Below the pieces are notes generated by a model. It did no database searches and was not told the origin of the DNA. It saw only the letters and a program-made list of their open reading frames with translations. The position numbers were made by a program, and so were the translations under genes. A stretch of 64,000 bases of DNA from Spirochaetales bacterium (GTDB lineage Bacteria > Spirochaetota > Spirochaetia > SZUA-6): positions 23,928-87,927 of the forward strand of contig JALUUM010000040.1 in NCBI GenBank assembly GCA_027021365.1, given 5' to 3'. How positions within the stretch are numbered: position 1 is the stretch's first letter; each line of letters starts with the position of its first letter. Shown here piece by piece: positions 49,103 through 58,618 of the stretch.

Positions 49103-49528
49103 TTAATTGCCCTTTTTGTAAACAAGTATGTAATCTTTCGGTTCTAAGATATTAATCTCACCTTCAGGATAATCTTTAGTATTCCGTGTGATTATTGTCT
49201 TGATATTATGTGTCGATGCACAATTGTATTGTATGCTATCTTCAAAATCTCGATATGGACTCAATAATGCTATATCTATGATTTTTTCATCTAGAGAAAG
49301 TATCCTTAAAAGACTCCGTAATAACCTCGTTTTTTCCAGTGCAATTTCTTTATTCTCAAGTCTGGCTATTATGTAATAAATATTTGCTATTATTAGAGGG
49401 GAAGTATATCCCTCTATTTTCTTTTGTTCTATTAGAGTAAATAATTCAGCTGCTTCTTTATAAAATTTTTCTCTTTTTAACAGCAAGTCCAGTATTACAT
49501 CGCCATCAATAAAAACCTTATCCGCCAA
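49103..49528 (-). CDS. PIN-domain toxin (VapC-like)
   Basis: VFIDGDVILD N-terminal Asp and a C-terminal TRNTKDY motif. Confidence 0.8.
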   Translation of the reverse strand: MADKVFIDGDVILDLLLKREKFYKEAAELFTLIEQKKIEGYTSPLIIANIYYIIARLENKEIALEKTRLLRSLLRILSLDEKIIDIALLSPYRDFEDSIQYNCASTHNIKTIITRNTKDYPEGEINILEPKDYILVYKKGN

Positions 49529-49772
49529 GATATTTTTCCTTGAGATATTTGAATCTTGCTTCTTCGATAGATTCTTCTTTTATTCTCACAGAACCGAGTA
49601 ATTTTTTTACTGTTGGTGTTAGTTCTGATTCCAGGTTATCATTTTCTCTTTCTGCAACATATTGAAGGTATTCCTGTACTAATTTAGAGAGGCTTTTTTT
49701 CTTTTTCTTTGCATATCTTTTTGCTTTTTCAATTGTTGTTTCATCAATACTTAAAGTAAGTTTTTTACTCAT
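49518..49772 (-). CDS. Cognate antitoxin (RHH/VapB-like)
   Basis: 84 aa (LTLSIDETTIEKAKRYA). It overlaps the PIN gene start by 11 nt. Confidence 0.55.
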   Translation of the reverse strand: MSKKLTLSIDETTIEKAKRYAKKKKKSLSKLVQEYLQYVAERENDNLESELTPTVKKLLGSVRIKEESIEEARFKYLKEKYLGG

Positions 49773-49933
49773 CTATATACCTCTTACGTACAATAATAGT
49801 AGTTTTTATACGTAATGTCAATTGGAATTTATCTTAAACATATGGAAATTTGTATATTTCTTAATTTATAAATTCTTATCTCGATATAACACTAAAATAC
49901 AAGGAAAACTATGTAACTTAATTATATTCCTTG

Positions 49934-50884
49934 TTACATGGAAAACCCATTAACAACAGTCTGCAACAGGGAAACCTCCTCTTCTACCCCCCGGCTTTCG
50001 GGACGAAACTCCTCGCCGGTGACCGTCTCGTAGGCCTTTATGTATCTCCAGGCAACCTCCACACGAACCTCATCCGGAATCTGCGGTATTTCCCCGTCCC
50101 CCATGAAGCCCTTTCCGATAAGCCACTGCCTCAGGTATTCCTTGTCCAACTTTCTCTGCGGCTCTCCCCTTTCAAAGAGCTCATCGTAGGTATCCATGTA
50201 CCAGTACCTGCTGGAATCCGGCGTATGAATCTCGTCCACAAGCATCAACTCTCCCTCATAAAGGCCGAACTCGTACTTGGTATCTACAAGTATCATCCCA
50301 TTCCCTGCCGCAACCTCACTTCCCCGCCGATACAGCCTTAAGGCTGTCTCCCTTATCTTCTTCCACAACTCCTCGGTAACGATTCCCTCGGAAACCAGCC
50401 TTTCCTCCGAGATCGGTTCATCATGAATCCCCCTTTCCGCCTTGGTAGAAGGGGTAACAAGTGGCTCCTCGAATCTCTCGTTGAACCTCATGCCATCAGG
50501 CAGCCTTATCCCGGAAATGTCCCTCCCCTTCCGGTAGTCCCTCCAGGCAGAACCGGTAAGGTAGCCACGCACCACCACTTCCACGGGAACAAGCTCGCAC
50601 TTCCTCACAAGAACGCTACGAGCTGATACTACCCTCTCCACGTGATTTGGTATGATATCCTCCGTTTTCCCGAACCAGAAGAGTGAAATTCTGTTCAGCA
50701 CCTCTCCCTTGCAAGGAATCGTCGAGAGAACCCTGTCGAAAGCCGATATCCTGTCAGTGGTAACAATGAGCAGGTGGCTTCCCAGTTCGATGATATCCCT
50801 CACCTTTCCCCTGATAACGGGAAGATCCATGTTGATACTTTCCACGGTCTGCCCAAGCATGCCGTACAGCGTATTCCTATCCAA
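49934..50884 (-). CDS. purC: Phosphoribosylaminoimidazole-succinocarboxamide synthase (SAICAR synthetase, long form)
   Basis: RGKVRDI...LLIVTTDRISAFD and the later ILVDTKYEFG motifs. Confidence 0.9.
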   Translation of the reverse strand: MDRNTLYGMLGQTVESINMDLPVIRGKVRDIIELGSHLLIVTTDRISAFDRVLSTIPCKGEVLNRISLFWFGKTEDIIPNHVERVVSARSVLVRKCELVPVEVVVRGYLTGSAWRDYRKGRDISGIRLPDGMRFNERFEEPLVTPSTKAERGIHDEPISEERLVSEGIVTEELWKKIRETALRLYRRGSEVAAGNGMILVDTKYEFGLYEGELMLVDEIHTPDSSRYWYMDTYDELFERGEPQRKLDKEYLRQWLIGKGFMGDGEIPQIPDEVRVEVAWRYIKAYETVTGEEFRPESRGVEEEVSLLQTVVNGFSM

Positions 50885-50890
50885 TTTGAC

Positions 50891-51493
50891 TTACTCCTCT
50901 ATTTCGTTTCTCCTTTTTACGATTCTGGAAATGAGCCCGTAATCCTTCGCCTCCGGTGCATTCATCCAGAAATCCCTGTCAGTATCCTTCTCCACCTTTT
51001 CATAGGGCTGGCCCGTTTCCTCTGCTATGAGCTTGTTTATCTTTACCCTTAGCTTATCCAGTTCCCTTGCATGAATCTCAATCTCCGTTGCAACGCCCCT
51101 TATGCCACTCAAGGGCTGGTGGATGAGGTAGTGCGAGTTGGGAAGCCCCAGCCTGTCCTCCTTTGGAGAGGCAAGCAGTACTATGGCAGCAGCACTTGCA
51201 ACGAGCCCCATTCCTATAAGGTATACACGAGGCTTTATGAAGCGTATCATGTCGAATATTGCAAAACCGGCATCCGCATCACCACCGGGAGAATCTATGA
51301 AGATCTTGATTGGTTCTTCACTCTCATCTTCCAAAAGAATCAACTGCCTTACGATCCTCTCGGCAAGAGCCTTGTTTATCTCTCCGGAGAGGAGAATCGT
51401 TCTCGTTTTGAGGATTCTCTGAAGTAAAAAGGACTCCTGTTCCTTTCCCTCCTCTTCCTTTTGATTGAAAAAGATATTTTCATCGATTTTCAT
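50891..51493 (-). CDS. clpP: ATP-dependent Clp protease proteolytic subunit
   Basis: Catalytic Ser region GMGLVASAAA, His in YLIHQP, and the typical overall ClpP pattern. Confidence 0.9.
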   Translation of the reverse strand: MKIDENIFFNQKEEEGKEQESFLLQRILKTRTILLSGEINKALAERIVRQLILLEDESEEPIKIFIDSPGGDADAGFAIFDMIRFIKPRVYLIGMGLVASAAAIVLLASPKEDRLGLPNSHYLIHQPLSGIRGVATEIEIHARELDKLRVKINKLIAEETGQPYEKVEKDTDRDFWMNAPEAKDYGLISRIVKRRNEIEE

Positions 51494-51572
51494 GGTTTTA
51501 TTCCTCTTTCAAAAAGCTTATTTGGTGTCTTCGGGTAAGGAAAATATATACGGCGATGGGATAAAATTCAAT

Positions 51573-51601
51573 AAAAAAAAGGCCGGAGAAAATCTCCGGC
51601 C
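51573..51601 (-). terminator. Intrinsic-terminator-like hairpin plus U8 in the clpP 5' leader
   Basis: On the minus strand it reads GGCCGGAGATTTTCTCCGGCC followed by TTTTTTTT. It lies about 80 nt upstream of the clpP start. Confidence 0.55.
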
Positions 51602-51759
51602 CTCCCTTAAACTTCCGTCCTCCAATATTTACTGGAGGTTTTGGGGCGGAAGGCTCCCAGATTGCACCCTCTATTTTACTACAGCTTTTTCAATTGTCAA
51701 CAGGTATAGACATTTTTTTCTCTCTTCTTCATTATAAATATCCGAGGAGATGACAAGTT

Positions 51760-52623
51760 ATGAAGGCAGATATCGCAGTAATCGGCGGAAGCGGCTTGTA
51801 TCGGATAGAGGGGTCAAGGGTAATAGAAGAGATTGATGTTCCCACGCCCTTTGGCATGACCTCCGATGTAATATCCGTTATGGACATCGGTGGCATACCC
51901 GTTGCATTCCTACCGAGACACGGGAAAGGCCACAGGATACTTCCCACAGAGGTACCCTCCGATGCAAACATCTGGGCACTCAAATACCTTGGCGTGAAGC
52001 AAATAATCTCTGTGAGTGCGGTAGGTTCCCTCTCAGAGGATTACAAGCCGGGTGATTTCATAGTCCTGGACCAGCTTATTGACAGGACAAGGAGCAGAAG
52101 AAACAGCTACTTCGGTAACGGAATTGTCGGTCACGTTGCATTTGCAGAACCCTTCTGTCCCAGCATGAGAGGAAAAATAATAGAAGTGCTTTCCAAAAAA
52201 AATCATCCCTTTCACGAGAAGGGAACACTGGTTACAATGGAGGGTCCCCTATTCTCAACAAAAGCAGAATCGGAGCTGTACAGAAGCTGGAAATCCCACC
52301 TGATTGGCATGACAGCCCTCCCCGAAGCAAAGCTTGCAAGGGAGGCAGAAATCTGCTATGCAACCATTGCAATGGTTACCGACTACGACTGCTGGCATGA
52401 AACAGAGGAGAGTGTATCGGTTGAAATGGTTTTGAAGGTAATGAATGACAATGTCAGTTCAGTAAAGGCAATGCTACCCGAAATAATCGAATCTGTTACC
52501 GGGATAGAGGATTGTACATGCAGGCATGCCGCTGAAAATGCGATCATCACAGACCCGGAAAAGATACCATACGAAAAAAAGAGAAGGCTTTCCCTCTTCT
52601 ATTCAAAGTACTGGAAGGCTTAG
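51760..52623 (+). CDS. mtnP: S-methyl-5'-thioadenosine phosphorylase
   Basis: ADIAVIGGSGLY, the phosphate-binding region and the LPEAKLAREAEICYA block. GAGGAG RBS. Confidence 0.85.
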   Translation: MKADIAVIGGSGLYRIEGSRVIEEIDVPTPFGMTSDVISVMDIGGIPVAFLPRHGKGHRILPTEVPSDANIWALKYLGVKQIISVSAVGSLSEDYKPGDFIVLDQLIDRTRSRRNSYFGNGIVGHVAFAEPFCPSMRGKIIEVLSKKNHPFHEKGTLVTMEGPLFSTKAESELYRSWKSHLIGMTALPEAKLAREAEICYATIAMVTDYDCWHETEESVSVEMVLKVMNDNVSSVKAMLPEIIESVTGIEDCTCRHAAENAIITDPEKIPYEKKRRLSLFYSKYWKA

Positions 52624-53630
52624 AGTTTCAATTCGTACAGGGGCAGGGGAAAACTTTCTGTTTCCTCGGCAGATAGGCTTCCCCCTCTCTCCATTACAAA
52701 GAGGCCCTCTACACCATCTGTCTTTTGTATCATCTCGAAACCCTTCTCATACCCCATGACAAAGGCAGCCGTTGAAAGTGCATCGGCCTCCATACAGGAA
52801 CCTGCAATAACCGTAACGGAAACAAGTCCCCTGGCCGGATAACCTGTCGAGGGATCTATTATGTGATGGTACCTCACGCCATCCTTCTCGAAGTACTGCT
52901 CGTAGTCACCGGAGGTTACGATTGCCAACCTCTTATTACTCTCCCCTAGAGAAACTATACCCATAAACTCATTTAACTTGCGGGGATGCTTGATACCTAT
53001 CTTCCACCTGGCTTCCTTCTTTAGGCCCTTAACGAGAATATCTCCACCCGCTTCTATCAGGTACTCGTCGTATCCCATCGATTCGAGATAATCGCCAAGA
53101 AGGTCCACAATCGCTCCCTTGGCAATTCCGCCAAGATCCACGCCAAAGCCTTCAGGCAGGGTAGCAATGCCGCCGGTGTCAAGTATCAACCTTTTATAGT
53201 CCACGTGTGCCTTTGCTTTCTCAATCTCACCCTTGCCGGGAAGTCTCCCCCCGTGATCGAAATCCCAGGCCCTGGTAAGTGCATAGATAGTGGGATCGAA
53301 GGCTCCACCGCTCTTCCTTGCAATGGCAAGGGCCTCTTTCATGGTAGCATAGAGCTCCGGCGGAAGCTTTGCCCTTCCTGTTCTGTTTAGCTCGAAGAGG
53401 GGGCTTTTTTCATCCCTGTGATCAAAGAGGGAAACCTTTTCATTGACAAAGGAGTTTACTCGATCCCACTCCGGTTCCCGCTGCCCCACCACGATGATGT
53501 TTAGAGGGATATCCTTTAGTAATCCTGCATGCTTGTATACCCTGATCCTGCTGCAGGAGGTAATGATTAGAGATGCTGCTGTTAACAGTAAAACGGCGAA
53601 AAGAGGGATGCTTCTTTTAACGGTTTTCAT
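52620..53630 (-). CDS. apbE: FAD:protein FMN transferase (ApbE family lipoprotein)
   Basis: Lipobox (LIITSC), then GGIAKG and the rest of the ApbE pattern. Confidence 0.85.
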   Translation of the reverse strand: MKTVKRSIPLFAVLLLTAASLIITSCSRIRVYKHAGLLKDIPLNIIVVGQREPEWDRVNSFVNEKVSLFDHRDEKSPLFELNRTGRAKLPPELYATMKEALAIARKSGGAFDPTIYALTRAWDFDHGGRLPGKGEIEKAKAHVDYKRLILDTGGIATLPEGFGVDLGGIAKGAIVDLLGDYLESMGYDEYLIEAGGDILVKGLKKEARWKIGIKHPRKLNEFMGIVSLGESNKRLAIVTSGDYEQYFEKDGVRYHHIIDPSTGYPARGLVSVTVIAGSCMEADALSTAAFVMGYEKGFEMIQKTDGVEGLFVMERGGSLSAEETESFPLPLYELKL

Positions 53631-53661
53631 GATACTACCATGGTCCAGTTTTTTGAATTAT

Positions 53662-54918
53662 CTACCTGTTTTTCAGGGAAGGTTTTTCCGAAAGATCCAG
53701 TTTCAGTCTGTCACGCATGCCTTTAAAAGCCTTTAGTGTCTGTTCCACGTCTTCGTCCGTGTGGGAGGCCGTCGGTATCATTCTGAAAAGGACAACGCCA
53801 GGGGGAACAACAGGATACGTTACACCGGAGACGAATACCCCATAATCCTCCCTCAGCATTGCTATCATGGACATAGCTATGTCTTCACTTCCCGCCGGTA
53901 CATATACGGGGGTTATCGGTGATTTCGTATCCCCGATATCGAATCCCAGTTCCACCAGGCCGTTCTGAAGTTTCTTTGCAATCCTCCACATATTCTCCCT
54001 GTAGCTGGGATCCTTTTCCATGATTTCGAGGGTGGCTTCTATGGCCTTCACGAAAATCATTGGAAGGCTCTTTGCAAATACATTTGTCCTTGCATTGTAG
54101 CGAATCCACTCTATCACATCCTTCTCTCCCGCCGTAACTCCGCCAATCGCTGCAAAAGCCTTGGCAAAAGTGCCGAAATAGAGGTCTATCTTGTCCTGAA
54201 CTCCGTAGTACTCCCCTGTACCACGGCCATTGTCTCCCATGACTCCGAAACCATGGGCATCGTCTATGAAGAGGCGTGCGGAGTATTTCTCCTTCAGCTC
54301 TGTTATCGCATCAAGCCTGGCAAGATCTCCTCGCATACCGAAAACACCCTCTGTTACTATCAGGATTCCTCCCTTTCTGTCCTTGTTGATCGATTTCAGG
54401 TGGAACTCAAGGCTCTCCATGTCATTGTGCCTGTAGGGCCTGAATCTTCTTCCCGCAGATGCAAGAATGGCAGCATCCACCATTGAAGCATGGGAGAGCT
54501 TATCTATTACCACGATATCATCCTTGCCGATCAAGGCGGAAATAGTTCCAAGCACTCCCAGGTAGCCATAGTTGAAGAGTATGCTGGAAGGTTTCTGAAG
54601 AAATTTTGCCAGTTTCTTTTCCAACTCTATATGTTCAATGGTATTGCCGGTGAGCATCCTCGAACCCATAGGTGTGTACGTACCGTATTTCTTTGCAGCT
54701 TCAACTGCCACCTCTTTCACCTTTTCGTGGCCAGCCAAACCTGCATAGTTGTTTACCGCCCACATTATCACTTCCCTGCCCTTGAATTTCATTCTCGGTC
54801 CTGGTAGGCCCTCCAGTACTGGCTGGGTAAAATAGTCGTCACCTGAAATTCTGAAACGTCCGAAGTAACCGCCGTCAGACTTGCATTTATCAAACAGATC
54901 ATTTTGAGAATTTTCCAT
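53662..54918 (-). CDS. Alpha-oxoamine synthase family PLP enzyme (Kbl/BioF/SPT-like acyl-CoA:amino-acid C-acyltransferase)
   Basis: AVNNYAGL N-terminal motif, the PLP Lys in GTFAKAF, and HGFG. Confidence 0.85.
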   Translation of the reverse strand: MENSQNDLFDKCKSDGGYFGRFRISGDDYFTQPVLEGLPGPRMKFKGREVIMWAVNNYAGLAGHEKVKEVAVEAAKKYGTYTPMGSRMLTGNTIEHIELEKKLAKFLQKPSSILFNYGYLGVLGTISALIGKDDIVVIDKLSHASMVDAAILASAGRRFRPYRHNDMESLEFHLKSINKDRKGGILIVTEGVFGMRGDLARLDAITELKEKYSARLFIDDAHGFGVMGDNGRGTGEYYGVQDKIDLYFGTFAKAFAAIGGVTAGEKDVIEWIRYNARTNVFAKSLPMIFVKAIEATLEIMEKDPSYRENMWRIAKKLQNGLVELGFDIGDTKSPITPVYVPAGSEDIAMSMIAMLREDYGVFVSGVTYPVVPPGVVLFRMIPTASHTDEDVEQTLKAFKGMRDRLKLDLSEKPSLKNR

Positions 54919-54954
54919 GTTTTCTTCCTCTATCAGGTATTACTTGCCCCACCC

Positions 54955-56244
54955 CTATACAAATTCCGGCTGAAACAGTTTTTCCACGCTGTTTCTTATA
55001 AAATCGTCGGATTCATTAGGAGTAAAGCTCAAATCGGGCTCTTTGTAAATAGGCTTTTTCTCGGAGGAAAGCCTCTTGTATCCACCCCCCGTAATATTCA
55101 GGAGAATGACATCCTTCTTCTTGACATTCCCAGCTTCCACCGCCTGAATGAGTGATGCAACGGCTACCTCGGCTGCAGGATCGAGGTCTATACCCTCTTC
55201 CTTTTCAAACATAAACCCTGCTTTCAGGCTTTCCTCATTTGTCACACCATACATATGACCTTTTGAATCTGTAAGTGCATCGAATACACCACCGACAATG
55301 GAGTATGGCGGTTTTCTGTTGCTCAGTACTTTGGAGTGTAGCCCATCGATAAGCCTCTTCGTTTTTTTCTCCTCGGGAATATCGATTCTCCTCTCTCCTC
55401 TTTTCCACGCCTCCACCATAGGGGTAAAGGGAATATTCTGTGAAAGATGAAGGTGCATCCGCTTCTTTCCGAAACTTCCGTCCTCGAGGAGCCTTAGGCT
55501 CATCTCCCATGCCGCGATCCCACCTGTTCCGCTTCCGACGGCCTGGAAGTAATGATCAGGTATCTCTCCGATAGCTTCGGTCCCTGCAAGAACCACTACA
55601 CCCATTCCATCTCGTCTTCCCACATTTTTTGCTCCTCCCTCAGCAAGGAAGCCATCAAAGTGAGAAATCAATCCTCCGAGTTTGATAGCATCGAGGTAAT
55701 CGACATTTCCCTTAACGCTCAACAATTTGACCCGAGGACTTAATTCTTCTGTTGACCACAAGGAATGAATGTACTTGTCTGGTACAACGACAAGAACAGG
55801 AATATCGTTCCTAGAACATAGGGTCAGAAACGCCCTTCCGGTGTTTCCTGCAGATGAAACCACAAGAACCCGTTCCTCACTTTCGGGTAATCTTCCGCAA
55901 ACGCCTGGAACCTCTAATTCCTTAAAGGAGCAGGTTTCCATGAAAGCGCCCCTTTCCGGCCAGTACCCGTTGAAAGCAACATAGAGGTTATCAAGACCCA
56001 GTCTGCTCCCAAGGCCTTTGCTGTGGTACACAACCGGTCCTCTGGTACCTTTAAATTTTCTCTGGAGTGGCAACCAGTCTGAATACCTGAATATCCCTTC
56101 TGCATCATCATGAATAATCAGCTTTTTGGAATATTCGGTTCTTAAAAGCGAGGCCTCATGTTCCTCGGAACAGTCCATACGAAAATCATCGTAATCATAC
56201 ACATTTCCGCAATGCATGCACCGGAGAGTGTAACTCGTTTTCAT
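54955..56244 (-). CDS. Threonine-synthase-family PLP enzyme with an N-terminal zinc ribbon (cysteate-synthase-like)
   Basis: CMHCG...DC zinc ribbon, the SFKE PLP-Lys motif, and a Gly-rich loop (GSGTGG). Preferred start MKTSYTLRC at 56244. Confidence 0.7.
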   Translation of the reverse strand: MKTSYTLRCMHCGNVYDYDDFRMDCSEEHEASLLRTEYSKKLIIHDDAEGIFRYSDWLPLQRKFKGTRGPVVYHSKGLGSRLGLDNLYVAFNGYWPERGAFMETCSFKELEVPGVCGRLPESEERVLVVSSAGNTGRAFLTLCSRNDIPVLVVVPDKYIHSLWSTEELSPRVKLLSVKGNVDYLDAIKLGGLISHFDGFLAEGGAKNVGRRDGMGVVVLAGTEAIGEIPDHYFQAVGSGTGGIAAWEMSLRLLEDGSFGKKRMHLHLSQNIPFTPMVEAWKRGERRIDIPEEKKTKRLIDGLHSKVLSNRKPPYSIVGGVFDALTDSKGHMYGVTNEESLKAGFMFEKEEGIDLDPAAEVAVASLIQAVEAGNVKKKDVILLNITGGGYKRLSSEKKPIYKEPDLSFTPNESDDFIRNSVEKLFQPEFV

Positions 56245-56395
56245 ACTGATAAGGATTTTAAAAAGAGGAGAATATGTCAACATTGCCACGTATGAGCAAT
56301 TGCACAATCCGTGCGAATCCTGTAAAATCAATGATTAGAAGCGGTTTTTAAGGATAAATAGATTATAAAAGCACAATCAGAATCAAAAAAGAGGC

Positions 56396-56418
56396 TGAAT
56401 ATTTGAATAAAATATTCA
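56396..56418 (+). promoter_or_regulatory. Palindromic operator immediately upstream of the TetR gene
   Basis: TGAATATTT-GAATA-AAATATTCA is a perfect 9 bp inverted repeat ending 6 nt before the TetR ATG. Confidence 0.5.
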
Positions 56419-56424
56419 TTTTGC

Positions 56425-57048
56425 ATGGATAAGAAAACCATACTACTCAAGACAGGGGAGAAGCTCTTCTCCCAGTACGGATACAGGAATGTAAACATCG
56501 AAGAGATAGCAAGCCATGCGGGACTTGCTACAGGTAGCTTCTATACCTATTTCAACAGTAAAGAAGAATTCTATTCCCAGGTACTGGACAGGATAGAAGA
56601 AGAAGGAATCAACCATATCGACAGACTTATTTCAAGCTTTCATTCTCCCATCAATAAATTGAAGGCAGTATACCGGTTTGCCACACTTGGCCTTAGAAAA
56701 AATATCATTCTGAAGGGCATACTTACTGGTGACAAGAAATTTGTCTACCCGGGTCTGAACGAGAGAAAAGAAAACGGCAGCAAACTGATAAATCATATAT
56801 CGCTTCTTCTCGAAAGAATAATCCGTGAGGGTACAGAAAAAAGAGTTTTTAGGGCAGGCATATTCAAAAATCCGCGTCGAATGCTCTTCACCATATACAA
56901 CGCAATAATTTCCGAATTCGACAACGGAGACGTAGAAGAGCTAATGGATGACACCCTGCTACTTATCGAACGAGGTATGCGCAGAATGATAAGGTTACGA
57001 AAGCGAGATGAACGTCTTGACAGAAGAAAGAATAAAACCGGGTTATAA
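56425..57048 (+). CDS. TetR-family transcriptional regulator
   Basis: N-terminal HTH (GYRNVNIEEIASHAGLATGSFYTYF). Confidence 0.85.
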   Translation: MDKKTILLKTGEKLFSQYGYRNVNIEEIASHAGLATGSFYTYFNSKEEFYSQVLDRIEEEGINHIDRLISSFHSPINKLKAVYRFATLGLRKNIILKGILTGDKKFVYPGLNERKENGSKLINHISLLLERIIREGTEKRVFRAGIFKNPRRMLFTIYNAIISEFDNGDVEELMDDTLLLIERGMRRMIRLRKRDERLDRRKNKTGL

Positions 57049-57096
57049 CAACGATTTCTGTTGAATTAGCAAATCAAATAACTATATTTATAGCTG

Positions 57097-58617
57097 ATGG
57101 TACGGGAATCCTTATTGAAACAATATTTATATCTATGTGATAAACTAGATAAGTTAAAAACAAACAAGAATAAGATTGACTTCTTTCTCAATTGGACTAG
57201 GTCGCAATTTGAATCCAACTGTGCCTTGCTTCTCTTTTTTGAAGCTACAAATACCGGTAAGGTCAGAGGGTTGCTTCAGAGCAATGACAGTACTGTAGAA
57301 GTGTCGCTCACATTGAAGAACAAACCAATTTCTTCAACAATTCTTCTAAAGGATGACATAAGAATAGAAAGTGAAAGGGAAGTACCCCTTGATGGTACCA
57401 TTTCATTTGCATACATACCTGTCAATTCACATAGCGAAAATCCGATCGGAGCATTACTTATTGGCAGTAAAGATCCCGAGGACCTTCTGAAGGTAAATGC
57501 TTTGGAACTTAAACTCCTATCATTGAAACTCAGAGACATAATAAGTAGAGAAACCAATACAAAGAAATATGACGATAACCTCAAGGCGCTCATCCTACTC
57601 GGAGACAACTTCGAGTTACCCATTTATATTACAGATATAGAGGGACATTTTCTCTTTGCAAGCAAGTCGTTTCTCTCCTTAACCGGTTATTCAAACTTAA
57701 TTGAACTGAATTCATCGAGAGGACTGTTCAAAGATTCCCGGAAGAGAAAAGAGGAAATCGAAACAATTATAAGAAAGGGTTTTGTTAGGAATTATCCCCT
57801 TGTTCTAACAAGCCTTGACGGCTCAGAAATGGAAATAATGGATAATGCAGTTTTCCAAGAGGGAAAAATAACCGGAATATTCTTTGACATCACGGATTAT
57901 ATGAAACAGAAGAGAGAACTGTCAGAAGCCCTGGAAATGCAGGAATTCTTGAATGATCAAATATTCAATACAATAAGACTTCTCCAGAAGACCCAGGTTT
58001 CGGCCATAAAAGCTCTTGCGCGCCTTGCAGAATTCAGGGACCAGGAGACTGGCAATCATCTGCAGCGCATTTGCGAGTATACCCATGCACTCGCTTCGGA
58101 GGTTTACAGATTGAATCCTTATTCTTTCAAAATATCACGGGGATATCAGAATGATATCTATGTTTCCAGCATGTTACATGACATAGGAAAGGTTGGAATT
58201 CCAGACAGTATCCTCTTGAAACCGGGTAAGCTTACAAGGGAGGAATGGGATGTCATGAAAAAGCATACACTGTGGGGCTGGGAAACACTCGTCCAGGCAG
58301 ACAGGGAAATGGGTGAACAATCTTTCCTCACGCTTGCCGCAACAATTGCACTCAATCACCATGAACGATACGATGGTTCAGGTTATCCAAACGGATTAAG
58401 AGGCGAAGATATACCCTTGAGTGCGAGAATCACAGCAGTGGCCGACGTATATGATGCCCTGACTACGAGGCGACCATACAAGGAAGCCTGGTCTCATGAG
58501 AGGGCAACAGAAGAGCTGGTAAAACAACGAGGTTTACAATTTGACGCCGTACTGATAGATATATACCTCAGCATAGAAGATAGATTTCACGAAATACGAA
58601 CGAGGTTTCCAGACTAA
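57097..58617 (+). CDS. HD-GYP-domain c-di-GMP phosphodiesterase-type signalling protein with GAF/PAS-like N-terminal sensors
   Basis: MLHDIGK and HHERYDGSGYP, the HD-GYP signature. Confidence 0.85.
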   Translation: MVRESLLKQYLYLCDKLDKLKTNKNKIDFFLNWTRSQFESNCALLLFFEATNTGKVRGLLQSNDSTVEVSLTLKNKPISSTILLKDDIRIESEREVPLDGTISFAYIPVNSHSENPIGALLIGSKDPEDLLKVNALELKLLSLKLRDIISRETNTKKYDDNLKALILLGDNFELPIYITDIEGHFLFASKSFLSLTGYSNLIELNSSRGLFKDSRKRKEEIETIIRKGFVRNYPLVLTSLDGSEMEIMDNAVFQEGKITGIFFDITDYMKQKRELSEALEMQEFLNDQIFNTIRLLQKTQVSAIKALARLAEFRDQETGNHLQRICEYTHALASEVYRLNPYSFKISRGYQNDIYVSSMLHDIGKVGIPDSILLKPGKLTREEWDVMKKHTLWGWETLVQADREMGEQSFLTLAATIALNHHERYDGSGYPNGLRGEDIPLSARITAVADVYDALTTRRPYKEAWSHERATEELVKQRGLQFDAVLIDIYLSIEDRFHEIRTRFPD

Positions 58618-58618
58618 G

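Noticed and set aside
51465-51737. 90 aa plus-strand ORF
   Set aside because: It spans the clpP-mtnP intergenic region, including the terminator hairpin and poly-A run, is low-complexity, and has no RBS.
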